From the human T2T-CHM13v2.0 reference genome, Homo sapiens: a stretch of 64,000 bases of DNA. Position 1 is the stretch's first letter. Each line of letters starts with the position of its first letter. The position numbers and the translations under genes are program-made. The stretch lies in the NCBI RefSeq assembly GCF_009914755.1, contig NC_060932.1; one strand, written 5' to 3'. Below the pieces are notes generated by a model that did no database searches, was not told where the DNA came from, and saw only the letters and a list, made by a program, of their open reading frames with translations. Positions 1 to 15,590 of the stretch are shown here, piece by piece.

Positions 1-400
1 GAACAAATGATAATTGGTACACCAAATTGGGCATGTTTTCTATTAATGTATACCCCTTAATCTAAGAGTAATGTTCAAAATTTGGAATATTTGGAGTAAA
101 AACAGCAGCAACAGTAACAAAAAATGAAACAAAGAACATGTAATAGCAGCCACATATATGGCCAATATACCCTCGAATGCTTATTGTCTTCACCTGTACA
201 GAAAAAGTTTGCTACATTTTTATTATGTAGCAAACATGAAAATGAATATCTTTTGAAGTGTGAAATACACCTTATGAAGGGATCTCAAAATCTGCTTGAT
301 GGAGTCAGGATGTGTGTTTTGCACTGAGTTTTGAAGAACTTCTAGAAGATTCTTATGTTCAGGTTGGGATCAAGAAGTGGCCATGGGTAGTCCAAAAAGA

Positions 401-560
401 TGTTCAAGAAAAAATTATTCAGTGACAGTTGTTAAAGCACTGTAAGGCAGGCTTTATTCAGGCCCATCACTATAGATATAGAGACCACTGCAATGGTAGG
501 GTCTTGCCATGGGGGAGAGAGATTGGGCTCAATTCCAAATACAGCATGGGTAGTGTGAAT
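401..560 (-). mobile_element. ERV1-class LTR fragment (subfamily uncertain)
   Basis: Reverse complement ends ...CA with an upstream AATAAA, resembling an LTR 3' end. Confidence 0.45.
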
Positions 561-900
561 TTATTATAATTAATACATATTACTTTTATCTAAATATGTA
601 GCTGTTAGGTTACTATATATTAAGACGTACTCGCCACATATATCTTATGATGTGATGAATATAAGACATATTCATCACATTTATTAATGCATGTTTTTTG
701 CATTAATTTTGATCTCTGATTTTTGCTTAGATAACATTTTCTCCAAGCTATTTTAAAAATACTGCTTTGCTAAAACTGCCAGAATCTATTTTCTAGCTTC
801 TCTACAGTCTTTATGAACCATGATATTTAACTAGAAAGGCTCTTCATATGAGTGGGCTTGATTTTGCTTTACTATTTCTAGCGGAAGAGGATCTTGCTGA

Positions 901-1128
<228 letters not shown>

Positions 1129-1514
1129 TGATGTGATTTTGAAACCCTGTTCTAGCTGTACAAGCTGTTTCAGAAAGTACTACATCAGAAATAAGCTCTG
1201 AATTGATTACTCTCACTGAAAAATTATAGTATAAAAATACGATTGTGTGGACCCTAACCTCTTACTGCCTAACAAGCAAATCAATGACTGCTAATATAGC
1301 TTTGCTTTTCCTAAACTGATTTCTGTACACTCAATATGGTGTTAAGTCTAGGAGAGGGTAAAGCAGGACACCAAAAATATAAGGCACCTTATGAGGCTGT
1401 GATCAAGCTAAACGGATAAAATCTGAAGCTATGAAACAACTTTAAAATCTCCATTAATTGATCCTTATGTGATTCTCATCCCCTTGCCCGGTTTTTCTGA
1501 CGCACCAATGTTGA

Positions 1515-2017
<503 letters not shown>

Positions 2018-2632
2018 AGCAAATGTCAACTTCTATGAGAGCTAAGTCTTCATGCAATCTTCAAAACAGGACAAGAGGAAAACTGGGTAACATTCTTTTA
2101 TGCAGGGGGTGGGTTATTTGTGAGGGTGTGAGGTCCCTGGAAGACCACAGAAAGTGTCATCCATAGGGAGGATTTTAACACATGGAAATGATGGGAAAAA
2201 TAATTACCTGATTGGACTACCATGGGCAGAGCATCAAGTAGGGAGTAATAAAGACACCAACTTGATTGAAACAGAGAGGCTGGAGAGAAAGGCTAGTTTC
2301 GTAAAAATTTTAGGGTGGATTAAAAAGTAATATTTCTAAGGAAAAGGTCACAATTCTAAAACTACTGTCGTCATTAACAGACTATTAAATTTGTAGAGGA
2401 AGAATCTATACTTTGCTTTACACAACATAATCACATAATTAAGGTAAAATGTCTCTGAAGCAGGCTCAAATATTTCCAAATGAAAGAATTTAATGAATGA
2501 ATGCAGAACAAATATCAATGCAATTTGTCAAAATAAAACATTGATATATTCTGAACAGAAAATATTTAGATATTAGTATCTATATAAAATCAATATTTAT
2601 ACATATAGTAATAGAGTCTTCTTCTATTTTAG

Positions 2633-2709
2633 GATCATTGTTTTTACCAAGGATCCATAGTACACGAATATGATTCAGCTGCCAGTATCAGTACGTGTAA
2701 TGGTCTAAG
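2633..2709 (+). CDS. ADAM7: ADAM7 exon 5 (prodomain)
   Basis: ttttAG/GTaatg; DHCFYQGSIVHEYDSAASISTCNGL(R), typical ADAM prodomain CxYxG and STCxGLRG motifs; 77 nt. Confidence 0.96.
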
Positions 2710-3697
2710 GTAATGCAGAATATCTTTCTTTTTCCTTTATGAGTTTTCCTATGGATTTTCAAAGAAGTTAACTTTGTTGATTTTGTTTTATCACTCCTGG
2801 TATATAGAAAAATTAATGAGAAAAAAGCTGCTGTGCATTTTTAGCAGTTTCAGCTGTAGCCTATGATTTACATTTTGACAAAGAGATGCCTAATGCATAG
2901 TCCTGAACAAGACAAGCTTTGCAGTATATGAATAAGGGATTCATATTTGGAAGATTACTGAAAATCATTTAGTCTGGGCTCTCATTTTATAGATCAGGAT
3001 ACTGACTGAAATTAGAAGCTTTCTCCTGAATATTCCATTTGCTAGTGGTAAAATTGAGCCTGAAACCCAGGTCTTTTGAAGGCTAGTTTTGTGAATTCCC
3101 ATTATGCCGTAAGGCTTGACTCATTTAGCTTTTTACTAAATTGAGCTGTGTTTGCAGCCTCTTGAAAGTAAAAATTCAGAAGTAAAGCCTATAGTTCTCT
3201 ATAGATCATAGGCTCATGGACAAAGAAAGATGATGTGGAGAGGTAAAGAGGAAAAGAACAAGGAAGTTCTGTCTTTAATTACGGGAAATTTGCTTGACTA
3301 GTTCTTAGTGTTTTCAAGAATGAGAACCCCTTTAATGACACAGTTACCACATATTAGTATTTTTACTTTCATATATTTACTTTCATATATATTCCATGTC
3401 ATGATAGACATAGAAACTCACATAATTTTTGCAATAACTCTTAAGACTTGACAGCGGTCCACAACCACCAGTGGGACTTGCTACACTACCTGTACTCAAA
3501 GCAGATATTGGACTGTGAAACTTCTGAAAATCTAGTAAGTTGACTCTTAGAAAAAAGTATTGATTCAGTCAAAGGCCTCATATCATCACATTTCCTTACC
3601 ACTGAAAGCACTCTCCTACCTGTTCATGAAGCACTGGCTTTGTGGTTTCTCTTTCTTGAAAAGGCAAAGTCAATACAATGAAATAGAGTAATTATAG

Positions 3698-3973
<276 letters not shown>

Positions 3974-4716
3974 TGATGATGTCTAGGGATAAAGTATGAG
4001 TCCAGTTACTGAAATATATGTGCTACTTTCAGTCTGGCACTTCATCTGATATTTGAAATTGGAAAATTTTTTCTTGTCTATGTAAAAAGTGTTTATTTCA
4101 TAGAGTTTGTTTAATCAGTTTCAAGAAAGGATGATTCTACAATTCTATGTATAGATTGATAACATTGGGGCTATGAGTAGTTGGAAATCATGAAATTTTC
4201 AATGTCCTAAAACCTAATCTAGAGATAGTGTCTTTCCTTTTCTTCCCTGCCATTTTTTTTTGCAGAGTTATTGATGACAAGCTATGTTCTCCCCTTTTTA
4301 TCATTCAAATGTTTTAATGGTTAAGGATGATTAAGGATAAAACAAGTTCAGTTTTTGGTGGGATGGTTGTATAAAAGTAGTCCTTGGAGCTTTAGGCTTT
4401 TCTATACAACTAATCCATATCCCCTTAAATTCCCAGTGGATGTTAGCCTGTAAGCTACTTGGTTGTTTTTCTTCTTCGTATGTCCATGATTTGTATAGTG
4501 TCTGACACATACTGTATGCCTAATGGATGTTTCCTGATTGAATAAATCAACAAATAAATGATTACTTAGTCCACAGAAAAAGATTTAGCCAAATCTTTGA
4601 ACAATTTACCTCTGTTTTGTCCTCAGAGAATGTGTACATACCTCAGCGCATGCACACTGAAAGCTGAATACTTAGAAGAATTTCCTGGTATTGGTGTTTT
4701 ATAGACATAAAAGATT

Positions 4717-5033
4717 GGCCAGGCATGGTGGCTCATGCCTGTAATCCCAACACTTTGGGAGGCTGAGGCGGGCCGATCATCTGAGGTCAGAATTCGAGAC
4801 CAGCCTGACCAACATGGTGAAACCCTATCTCTATTAAAAATACAAAATTTGGCCAGGCAGTAGTGGTGTGCGCCTGTAATCCCAGCTACTTGGGAGGCTG
4901 AGGCAGAAGAATACCTTGAACCCAGGAGGTGGAAGGTTGCGGTGAGCCAAGATTGCACCACTGCACTCGACTCTGGGCGACAGAGTGAGACCCTGTCTCA
5001 AAAGAAAAATAAATAAAAATAAATTTAAAAAAA
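4717..5033 (+). mobile_element. Alu (S-type)
   Basis: GGCCAGGCATGGTGGCTCA start, A-rich tail, AAAAGAT target-site duplication. Confidence 0.93.
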
Positions 5034-5302
5034 AGATCTATGATTAGCAAAATTTGTACATGTTTGCTTGGAATTGAGACTACTGAAAATTAGAAAGTTG
5101 GGAAGCAGGGGAAGGAGTACAAGAAATGCAGTCAGTCCTGTTGGTCCACACTATGTTTTAACTCTCAGTTACAGATGGATGTTTTTCACGTGAGCTTACT
5201 AATGAAACACTTACTCAGTAAATGAAAAAAAAAAAACCTGAATGTTAAAGTATGTGTTTATGATTATTTACAACTCTTATTTGACCTGAAAGCCTAAACA
5301 AA

Positions 5303-5478
5303 GCATTAGGAAAAAGAGCTAATGCATGCTAGGCTTAATACCTAGGTGATGGGGTTGATAGGTGCAGCAAACCACCGTGGCACATGCTCACCCATGTAAC
5401 AAACCCACATATCCTGCACATGTACCTCGGAAATTAAAAAATAAAATTAAATTTAAAAAAAAGAAAAGAAAAAAAAGA
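5303..5478 (+). mobile_element. L1 (L1PA/PB) 3' end fragment
   Basis: cctaggtgatggggttgataggtgcagcaaaccacc... followed by a poly(A) tail. Confidence 0.85.
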
Positions 5479-5700
5479 ACAAATAGAAAATACTAAAATC
5501 CGATGTATAGGACCCCATGTTTAATCGTATAGATCTCATTTAGATAAATTCGTACAATTTTTATATATTCATATGCCTCCCCATTTTGTATCAATATCAA
5601 CATTTCTTACCTTGAAAATACTAGGATTTTTTTTCCAACTTAAAGGGTTAAGATAGAAAGTGTTAACTATACTTCAACTGAATTTTCCCTAACTTTACAG

Positions 5701-5754
5701 GGCATCCATGATGAAAAGTATGTTGAATTGTTCATTGTTGCTGATGATACTGTG
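5701..5754 (+). CDS. ADAM7: ADAM7 exon 7 (start of metalloprotease-like domain)
   Basis: ttacAG/GTaagt; GIHDEKYVELFIVADDTV (reprolysin KYVEL.IVAD motif); 54 nt. Confidence 0.96.
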
Positions 5755-7472
5755 GTAAGTTTTCAATAGAACATTTCTCTCTTTATTCTTCCTTTTGGAA
5801 CTTGTAGTTATCATTCTAGCATAGAGAGAAAGGTATTCTAATCAGAGTTCTATTCTAGGCTCAAAGTCCTATTTTTAGCTTCCCAAAACAGACATACATA
5901 AGAGATTATGGGGTCCTTTGCCACAATAGCAGACTGACCCAAAATAGAACACCCCTCCCCATTAAGAACATATGGAAATGCTGAATGACATACAAAAAGT
6001 TGAAAATATTTTAGCAACCTGTTGTTAAGCTCAAAAGAAAAAGTGGAAAATCTCCAAGTACTAAAAATGAAGAAGAAAATCTCTATCAGAACAGTGAGTA
6101 AAATTTAAAGGCTTGGTGACCCCGCTATACAGAATACAAAAAGAGGCAATTGTAATGTAATTGAATGTAAACCCCTGAGAAGCACAATACTGAAATTTGG
6201 AAATGAGACCTCTGCATTATTCTCAGAGCCATAAAGGGCTGCCCATCTCAGAAAAGGGAACTAGAAACGCTCCACAGAAACTGCAAGAGATAAGGGAAAT
6301 TTTCTGTCTGCCTATAGCCATGAGCAGGTAAAATGTTACACATGGGAAAACAAATCTCCTGTCTGTGTTATGCACAGATGTGGGACATGATATTATATAT
6401 TTCTTCAGATGCAGCACTGCCAAGCAAATTTTTTAATATAAAAACTTATTAGAGAACCGCTAAACTGCTGGAAGTCAAGTCAAAAATGCCCTAAAGTGAC
6501 TCTTCAATAATCCAAGATAAAATGAACCACATGAGGAAGAGTCAATCAACTTAAAAAAAAGGAAAATAAGCTCACCTGGAACTGTAAATCATCCAATGAT
6601 ATTTCAGACTGTGCTGTGACATTAAATGTTTTAAAGTTATTAAAGATGTAAAAATGAATTAAAATGACACTGAAATGACTAGAAAAGACTGGACAAAACA
6701 ACAGGCATACTTGAAAAACTACCTGTTTTAACATTTATAAAAGGAAAACGTATATACCCTTGAAAAAATTAAACAGAAGATTAGACACATGTGAAGAAAG
6801 AATTAGTGAACTAGAGAATGGAGGATATAGAGAAACCACCATTTCTCCAGAGAAATAAAAAGTTGGAAACTGTAAAAGAGAACATAAGAGACATTAATTC
6901 AGAATATAAAGCTTATAAAGAGTGAATGGGAATGATTGGATGACAGATGACAAATGAGAGACAATTCTTGAGAATTTTCCAGAAGGAAAGGAATAAGCAA
7001 ATCAGATAACATGGTAGAAAAATTTCTGAATATCAAAGACAAAGAAAAAATCTTTTAAAATCAACTGTAAGAAAGAGGCAGATTGACTACAAGTAAATCA
7101 CAAACAGAGCATACGTTTTAAACAACAGAAGATACAGTTTCTAGAAAGTAAGTTCAAACAGCTAATGAAAAATGTTATAAAATTTAAATTGAGTACTAAA
7201 GTATCAGGCAAGGATAATATATTCGGAGAAAGAAATCATACTTAAAATGTTCTATGGAATTTTAGATTAGGAATGTAAAGGTAGTCACAATTTTACACTT
7301 CATAAGTAAAGTGTGAGTATTAAAACTTTAATTGTAATCACTATGAACCTAGCAATTAGAATGTAAATATCCCAAAAGGGTAGAGGGAAATAGGTGGATT
7401 TGAAAATAAAAAAAAAAAGACCAATCCAACAGAAAGCCTCAAAGAAAATACACACTTGCACACATACACCTA

Positions 7473-8679
7473 CAGTCATGCACCACATAACAATGTTTTG
7501 GTCAACAATAGACCACATATATGAAAGTGGTTCCATTAGATGATAACAAAGCAGAAAAATTCCTATAGCCTAGTGACATCGTAGCCATCATAACGTTACA
7601 GCACAGTGCTTCACTCATGTGTCTGTGGTGATGCTGGTGTAAACAAACCTACTGCATTGCCAGTTGTATGAAAGTATAGCACATACAATTATGTACGGTA
7701 CACAATGCTTGATAATAATAAAAAACAACTATGTTACTGGTTTATGTATTCACTATATTATACTTTTTGTTGTTATTTTATAGTGTACTCTTATTGATAT
7801 ATTTAAAAAGTTAACTGTAAAATAGCTTAGGTGAGTCTTTCAGGACATATTCCAGAAGAAGGCATTGTTATCAGAGGAGGCGGCAGCTGTATGTATGTAA
7901 TTGCCCCTAAAGACCTTCAGTGGGACAAGATATGGAGGTGAAGACAATGATAGTGATGGTCCTGATTTTGTGTAGGTTTAGGCTAATGTGTGTGGTTTTT
8001 GTCTTAGCTTTTAACAAAAAAAGTTTGAAAAGTAAAAATAAATTAAAAAACAGAAAAAAGCTTACAGAATAGAGATATAAAGAAAAAATATTTTTGTACA
8101 GCTATAGAATGTGTTTGATTTTAAACTGATGTCTAAAAAAATCAAAAGTTTAAAAATTTTTAAAGTTTATAAAGTAAAAATGTTACAGTACGCTAAGGTT
8201 AATTTATTATTCAATAAATAAAAATATACTTGTGTAAATATAGTGTAGCCAAGTATAGAGTGTTTACAAAGTCCACCGTAGGGTACAGTAATGTCCTAGG
8301 CCTTTATGTTCACTCACCATTCATTCTTTGACTCGTCCAGAGAAACCTCCAGGCCTACAAGCTCCATTCATGGTAAGTTCCCTAAGGAAGTGTACCAGGT
8401 TTTTTTTTTTTTGTCATTTATACCATTTTTTATTGTACTTTTTCTATGTTTGCATACACAAAAAGCATTATGTTACAATTGCCTACAATATTCAGTATAG
8501 TAACATGCTCTACAGGTTTGCAGCCTAGGAACAATAGGCTATACCATATGGTTTAACTGTGTTGTAGGTTATAACATTTAGGTTTGTGTACGTATGCTTT
8601 ATGATGTTTGCACAAAGAAGAAATCACCTAAGAATTCATTTCTCAGAATATATTCCCATTGTCAAGCAATGTATAACTA
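7473..8679. mobile_element. Tigger3/Golem-type DNA transposon
   Basis: TA-flanked with degenerate TIRs CAGTCATGCACCACATAACAATG ... CATTGTCAAGCAATGTATAACTA; ~1.2 kb. Confidence 0.8.
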
Positions 8680-10183
8680 TATTACATATATACATACACA
8701 CAGAATAGTAAATACAAAAACAGAAAAAAATATGTGAAGGTAATTCCAAATGTGTCAGAAATTAGAGTAAATATAACAATTACATCTGCCTGTTAGAAGT
8801 TAGAAAGTCTCAAATTGAATATAGGAAAAGGACATTATGACATTTATAAGAAATATACCTAAACTTCTCAAGAGACCTAAAAAATCTCAAAACTAGTTTC
8901 TTCTCTCCAAAAATATATCTTATGATTTTAATAGTATATAAAAGAGAATTTATGATTTAAAAAGTTATTTGAGATAAATTGGGGAATTAATCAGAAAAAG
9001 AGCACCAAAAGGATACAAAATATGAAAATACCTAACAACAAAGTATAAAAAGATAACAAAAAAAAAAAAAAAACAGGTTTGCCAGAAAAGTAGGGTATTT
9101 TTTAGCTCCTCTCCATCAGAAAATGTAAGGTCAAGAGGAAAAGCTTCAGCAAAAATGGACAAGATTTGAACCACATAAATGCAAGTTTCATTTAACCAAC
9201 TGATATACTACCTTGCATTTAAAAAAAAAGAATATGTATTTTTTTCATGTACAAATAACATATTTGAAAAAATTAAGTGGGTATCTGGCCACAAAGAAAA
9301 TACATAGAAATAGCAAAGAGATATCATAAGATCACTGTTTTCTTTTTTACCACAACCCAATTAGAAGTTATAACAGAAATTGTTAAATTAAACCACTAAA
9401 AGACTATTGGTTTGGAAACTGAAAGTACAATATATTTCCAAATATTAATTGTCTAAAAAATCAAATCTGAAATTATGGACTATTTATAACTGACCATAAA
9501 AAATAGTAAAGTAAAATTTATTAGATACAGGTAGCATACCAGTATTTAGAAAGACATTTGTCAATTTAAACAGTTTTATTAAGAAAAAAGAAAGAAAATA
9601 AATGGACTAAGAGTCCAACTAGAGAGATTAGAAAACAAAACAATATAAATCCAAAGAAGGTATAAAGAAGAAAGTAATTTTAGCAATGAGAAAAATCAAT
9701 AAAACCACCAAGCAAAACAAAAAATACCACAATGGAGTAGTTCAACAGAGCCAAGTACTAATTCTTTGAAAACATTAATGAAATAGACAAGCTTCTGACA
9801 ATGCTGATTAAAAAATATAGAAATATATGTAAAATTAGAAGACAAAATATAAATAAAAGTTACACTTTATTAAAAATATATGAAGAACTATGTGCCAATA
9901 AATTTATAAACAGATGTAGTAAAATGCTATCAAGCTGACTCAACAATAGGAAACCCCAAAAAGATTTACAGCAGATTTGAAAAATTACATAAGTAGTCCA
10001 CAACCTATCAGCAAATAAAGACACCAGGAGCCTCAGATTCGTTTAGTGGCAAATTTTACCAAAGTTTTTTATAAACAAACAACCTTTGTTTAACAAAGAT
10101 AAATAACCTTATCTTTTACAAACTGTTCCACAGAATAGGAAAAGAGGAAAAAACCCCACATTTTATAAGGTTATTATAACCTT

Positions 10184-10585
10184 TGTATTATTTATCTACC
10201 ACTGTGTAATCAACTACTCAAAACCTGGTGGGTAATCAATGACTCATGCAGCTGCAGTAATCTATTGTGTCCAATGGCTGGCTAGTCTAAGATGGCCTCA
10301 GTCATTTGCCTGGTACGTGATATTGGGTTTCAGCTGGCCATGTATCTCCAATAGGCTAGCTAGTTGTGCTTTCTTGCATCATAGCTGGGCATCAAAGCAC
10401 CAAAAGAGAGGTGAGGCTGCAATGTGCAAGAACTTTTCAACCTTCTGTTTGTACATGTTTTCATGTCTCAAGCAAAGTAAGTCATATGTCCAAGACTAGA
10501 ATCAACATTGGAGGAAACTTATAAAAAGATATAGATACCTGTAAGAGTGATTCCTTGAGTCATTACAGTAACAATCTATGACAAC
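10184..10585 (-). mobile_element. MLT1-type MaLR LTR
   Basis: tgtattatttatctaccactgtgtaatcaactac... resembles an MLT terminus. Confidence 0.55.
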
Positions 10586-11543
10586 TGATAATATTGGTAA
10601 CAGATCTAGACATGATCTTATGAGAAAGTAAAATTATAAGCTAATGTCCCTTATAAATGCAATTTCAAATGTCCAAAAAATATTTGCAAACCCAAGCCAA
10701 GATATATCCATAAAAATTTACATGAGAGTGACGGTTTCCTCCGGTAATGTGAATATTGCTTTGCTTTGACATGAATAGATTTTTAAAAAGTGATAATTTC
10801 AAATATCTCAAATTTATATATATAGTATATATTTGTGTATGTATACACATACATATAATTCAACACTCATTCATAATAAAACTCTTAGGATATAAAAAGT
10901 GGAAGAAAATAAAGTATATTTACCAAACTCCTATTCAGTATAAACATTAAACTTATTAATAAAATGTTGGCAGTTTTCCTCCAAAATTGGGAATAAGGTA
11001 CATTTGTTCATTGTCACCAGATTTCTTTCAACATTTTTACTGAAATTCCCAGCCAATGTAATAAAAAAGGTAAGACCCATCTTAATTGAAAAGATGTAAC
11101 AGTTTTTACACATTAAAGATGGAAGAAACTATAATTAACCTATGAACAAAATTTTAAATCAAAATTAGTAAGTTCTAAGCACTAAACAGATAGGCTTACA
11201 CTGGCATGTTGCTGAGAAATTTTATAAAGAATGCTGAGACACTTTGCTCTTAATAATAATATATGTGTTATTAAAGACCAAGAATAAGTTATTAAAATTT
11301 TTACTCATATACTAGGTGAAGGGTTGCTTGGTGTGATTTTAGTTGCATTAAACTGGGCTTTAGTGTATAGCTCTTGCTCATGCTGCTTTAATAGTATCTT
11401 AAAATATTTAAGGTTTTCTTTATTTAGAGAAGTTCCTAAGGTAAATCATCCGTTTTCATTAGACAAATAGTTAATGAGCATTCAATATGCTAGGTTCTGA
11501 GTATTAATGATATATATGATAGCCAAATAAAAAAAGCAGCAGA

Positions 11544-11850
11544 GGTCAGGTGCAGTGGCTCACACCTGTAAACCCAGCACTTTGAGAAGCCGAGGTGGGA
11601 GGACTGCTTGAGACCAGGAGTTTGAGACCAGCCTGGGCAACACAGCAAGACCTCATCATGACAAAAAGAAAAGAAAAAAAATAGCTGGGTGTGGTGGTGT
11701 ACACCTGCAATCCCAACTACATGGGAGGCTGAGACAAGAGGATCACTTGAGCCCAGGAGGTCGAGGCTGCAATGAGCCATGTTCACGCCACTGCACTCCA
11801 GCCTGGGTGACAGAGCAAGACCTTGTCTCAAGGAACAACAACAACAAAAA
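11544..11850 (+). mobile_element. Alu (J-type)
   Basis: ggatcacttgagcccaggaggtcgaggctgc diagnostic of AluJ; (CAA)n tail. Confidence 0.92.
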
Positions 11851-13352
11851 GAGCAAGAAAGCAAGAGAAGGATAGAAAATTTGAGCATTGCAGTCAGATA
11901 AAATAAGGAAACCAAAGGCAGTCTTTGGAAACCTGTTGAGAAGTTTATATATCTCCACAATAATGAGGAATTCTCAGCAGGAAAGTGAAGTGAGGATATG
12001 GATGAAACACTGACAGCTAGCAAGTTGAAAAAGAAGAGCAGAACACAAATGTCTGAATCCTGGGAAACACCCATCATTAAATAAAGATTTGGCAATGAAA
12101 GTGCAAAGCTCATACCTAACCATTCCTCCTCCCTCCCCTCTGATTGAAACTCACTGATTGATAAAGCATCTAATCTTTGTGATCCCTAAAATAGCTTCAG
12201 AATATTCTCCACAGTGAATTTTAGGCAGTGAATTTTGGGTAATTTTTATCAATCAATCAATGGAAATCCTGTTGTGAAACACATTTGTCATCCAGCATTT
12301 AAGGGATAATGGGAATGCACAATAAAATAGTAGGAGTGTCCGGGGTAATAGAAACCAAGAAGAAATTTCTTGAAACAGAAAATAGTCAACATTAAATGTG
12401 GAGAAGATGACCAGAAAGGAAAATATGTTCACAATGTATTTGATAATTAAGAGAATATTTGTGGGTTATTAAGAATAGTTTCAATGGAATAGTGGCAGTT
12501 ATAATCAGAGTGTAGTAGGTTGAATACGTGGAAGATGAAGATTGAAGAGATTCTAATGCTATATCTTAGCAGTATTTTGATCTTTAAGGTAACAGGACAG
12601 CAATGGCATGGTAACAAGCAGATACTTGCGGGATTCAGGAAAGGCAGGTTAATTTCTTATTTTTATTATGAAAGAAGTTTGACCATTTGCATTTATCCCT
12701 ACAGGACACCTTATGTTATTATTAAGTACATTTGATCAGGTCTAAATTGATAATTGATACAAGATCCCGATAGTACAAAAAGGGAATGCAGTTATAAGGA
12801 GACAACAAAAGTCAGAGTAGACTGGACATGAAAAGTCTGGTTTGCCCTCGTAGCTATTTCCTGGAGGGAAGGGGTAGCTACAGTTTCCTGTCCCTCTTCA
12901 GCACTTCTCCAGCTCCAGTGGGTTTTTAAATTACATATTCCTTATTTTGTGAACACCAAGGACACAGAAGGACTAATAAAGTTGCTGTTCTTCGCCATAT
13001 AGATTGCTTTGTAGCTTTAATAAGTTTGTTTCATCAATGTGATAAAAATGGACTCTAAAGAACACTAATCAGTTGGTTTAATAAATTAATGCAATGTAGT
13101 ACAATGTAATGTGAAAAGGAAACAGAGTTAGAAAGAAAAGCTTGAAGTAATACTACACCTAAGAATGTCTTTAGGAGGGCTGTATTTAGTTATTTTATAT
13201 CAAAAATGTATTTAAGTTGTCTAGTTTTTAGCTGAATGAAAGGAGTTCTCTTTCTTCATTAGGCCAATGATTTTTTTCTTTGTAATAGCTGATGAATGAA
13301 GTATTTTGTTGAGCTTTTATGCAACTCCTATTATTAATGAATATTAATATGA

Positions 13353-13472
<120 letters not shown>

Positions 13473-14502
13473 TAATACGAATGCAAAGAACCTTTCAGCG
13501 CAGTTCTCTGCTGGACTATTGTAGTTACCTGATATTAAGGGAGTACAAAGCACAAAGACTAATAAGCAAAAATCCACGGGAAAAAATAATAACAACAAAC
13601 CACAGCTCTGAATTTTCAATTTTCGATGTAAGTGACATTTAATATTGAAATAAGTTTCAAAATTTGGTCTCTAATCACAAAATTTATGAACCAATGTACA
13701 AAGAATATGAAAATCAATCACTGTAAACCAAATCACACTACTTTAAATCACTGCTCTGTGACGTTGTATAACAAAAAGTCTTAAGTTATAATTTGTTGTC
13801 CATGGTTTGGCATAGAAAGTGGAGTAACTGTTTCAGTAAAATATATTAAAATGCTTAATTTGTCTAAATTAGAATGAGGTATATAACCCTTTAAAAAAAC
13901 AAATTGTGAATGGCAACACATTTTTTTTGCCGACTCATTCTAAGACACCTCAGCCCTATTACTAGGATAAAGAGACCCCATAAGAAAAAGCTGTAAGGAA
14001 GGCCCCTCTAGGCCAATGGTTACTAATTCACCAGTTGAGGGACATTTAATCTGTTTGTAGTTTTTGGCTATTGTAAATACAATGGCTTTAAATATTTGTA
14101 TATAGTTGTATGTGCAATTATAGAATTTCATTTATTTTTTGTAAATAACGAAGAAGTAGGAATACTGGGTCATATGGAAAGTGTATGCTTCCTCACAATA
14201 ATATATTCTTTGAAAGAAAGTTACTATGCACGGCTCACACTTCAGTGGAAATTATGCTCTTCCTCCTTGACAATGGAGCATCTACATAAATTAGTTGAAA
14301 TTTTTCTATGCAAGAGATGTATCTCTTTTCTTCCATTAATATGTATTTAATAATTTATTTATATCAGTATGGACTCATGGATATTTATTTTGTACTTTGA
14401 GTTACAACCTAACACTACTTTATTTTGTTGCTCAAACTGTTTCAGTTTTGTCCATTGGGCAATATTTTAGCTGGTCTATGTGTCCCTTGGGCATACCTCA
14501 TC

Positions 14503-14505
14503 AGT

Positions 14506-14543
<38 letters not shown>
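14503..14543. repeat. (TG)n microsatellite
   Basis: Read directly from sequence. Confidence 0.95.
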
Positions 14544-14545
<2 letters not shown>

Positions 14546-14964
14546 TATTTACAGTGTTGGATTCTCTGAACTTCTGGGATCTGTGATTTGCTGTTTTATA
14601 CTATTTTTAAAAATTATTGATCATTCAAATATTTCAAAGAAATTGAAATATTTCTTCTGCCTTGTTATCTCTCTTCTCTTTCTCATATTTCAATTATATG
14701 CATATTAGATCCTGTGATTTTCCCACAGCTTTGGACCTTCCCCTATGTGGTTTTCACTCTTAACTCTTTGTGTTTCCATTTGGCTAATTTTTGTTGGGCC
14801 AACAAGATTCTTTCCTCACCCATGTCTAGCCTACTGATGTACTCATCAATGGTATTCTTTGTCACTACTACCATATATGTACTCAGCTAATTTCACTCAC
14901 TCTCTCTTATAGTTTCCACCTCTCTGCTGAAATTCCCTCATCTTTTCAAGCTTGTTTTTCACTA

Positions 14965-15590
14965 TATTCATTTTTTTATTACTGCATAACAAGTTACCAC
15001 AAACCTAGCATCTTAGAACAATACTCATTAACTATCTCACAATTTTTGTAGGCAGGAAGTCTGGGTACAACATAACTGGATTCTCTGCTCAGGATCTCAG
15101 AATGAGGAAATCAGGCCTGGGGATCTCAGCTTGTTGTTGTTGGCAGAATTTATTTCATGCAGTTACAGGATTGAAGTCCTCAAATTCTTGCTGGCAGTCT
15201 GCTGGGGCCATCTCAGTTACTGGGGGCCCTGACAATTTCTTGCCACACAGTGCTCTCTCGGACCCTTTCACAACATGGCAGGTTTCTTCTTTGGGCCAGC
15301 AGGAGAAATGCTGCTGCTTCAAATTACTAGACTTGTTTTAAAAGATTAAGTTAGGTCTACCCACAGTAAGTTCACTGTTATTCAACTCAGAATCCTCTGA
15401 TTTGGGTACCTTAATTACATCTGAAAAGCTGTAAGCTCCCTTTATCTTTGTTCTGTTTCATAACCTAAATATACTAGTGAAATTCATCATAGTCACAGTC
15501 CTGCCCACGTTGAAAGGGAGGTCATTCCACAGTGTGTTACTGTCCAGGAACAGGAATCCTTGGGGGCCATCTTCAAATTCTGCAAACCAC
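14965..15590 (-). mobile_element. MLT1-type MaLR LTR
   Basis: actgcataacaagttaccacaaacctagc ... ggccatcttcaaattctgcaaaccaca termini. Confidence 0.7.

Larger units (their letters stand above)
5900..11110 (+). mobile_element. Old degenerate L1M element, interrupted by Tigger and MLT insertions
   Basis: A-rich remnants resembling ORF1 and ORF2; no intact ORF. Confidence 0.65.

Noticed and set aside
11490-12113. 207-aa minus-strand ORF
   Set aside because: Reads through an antisense Alu ([14 protein letters not shown]...); typical repeat-derived spurious ORF.
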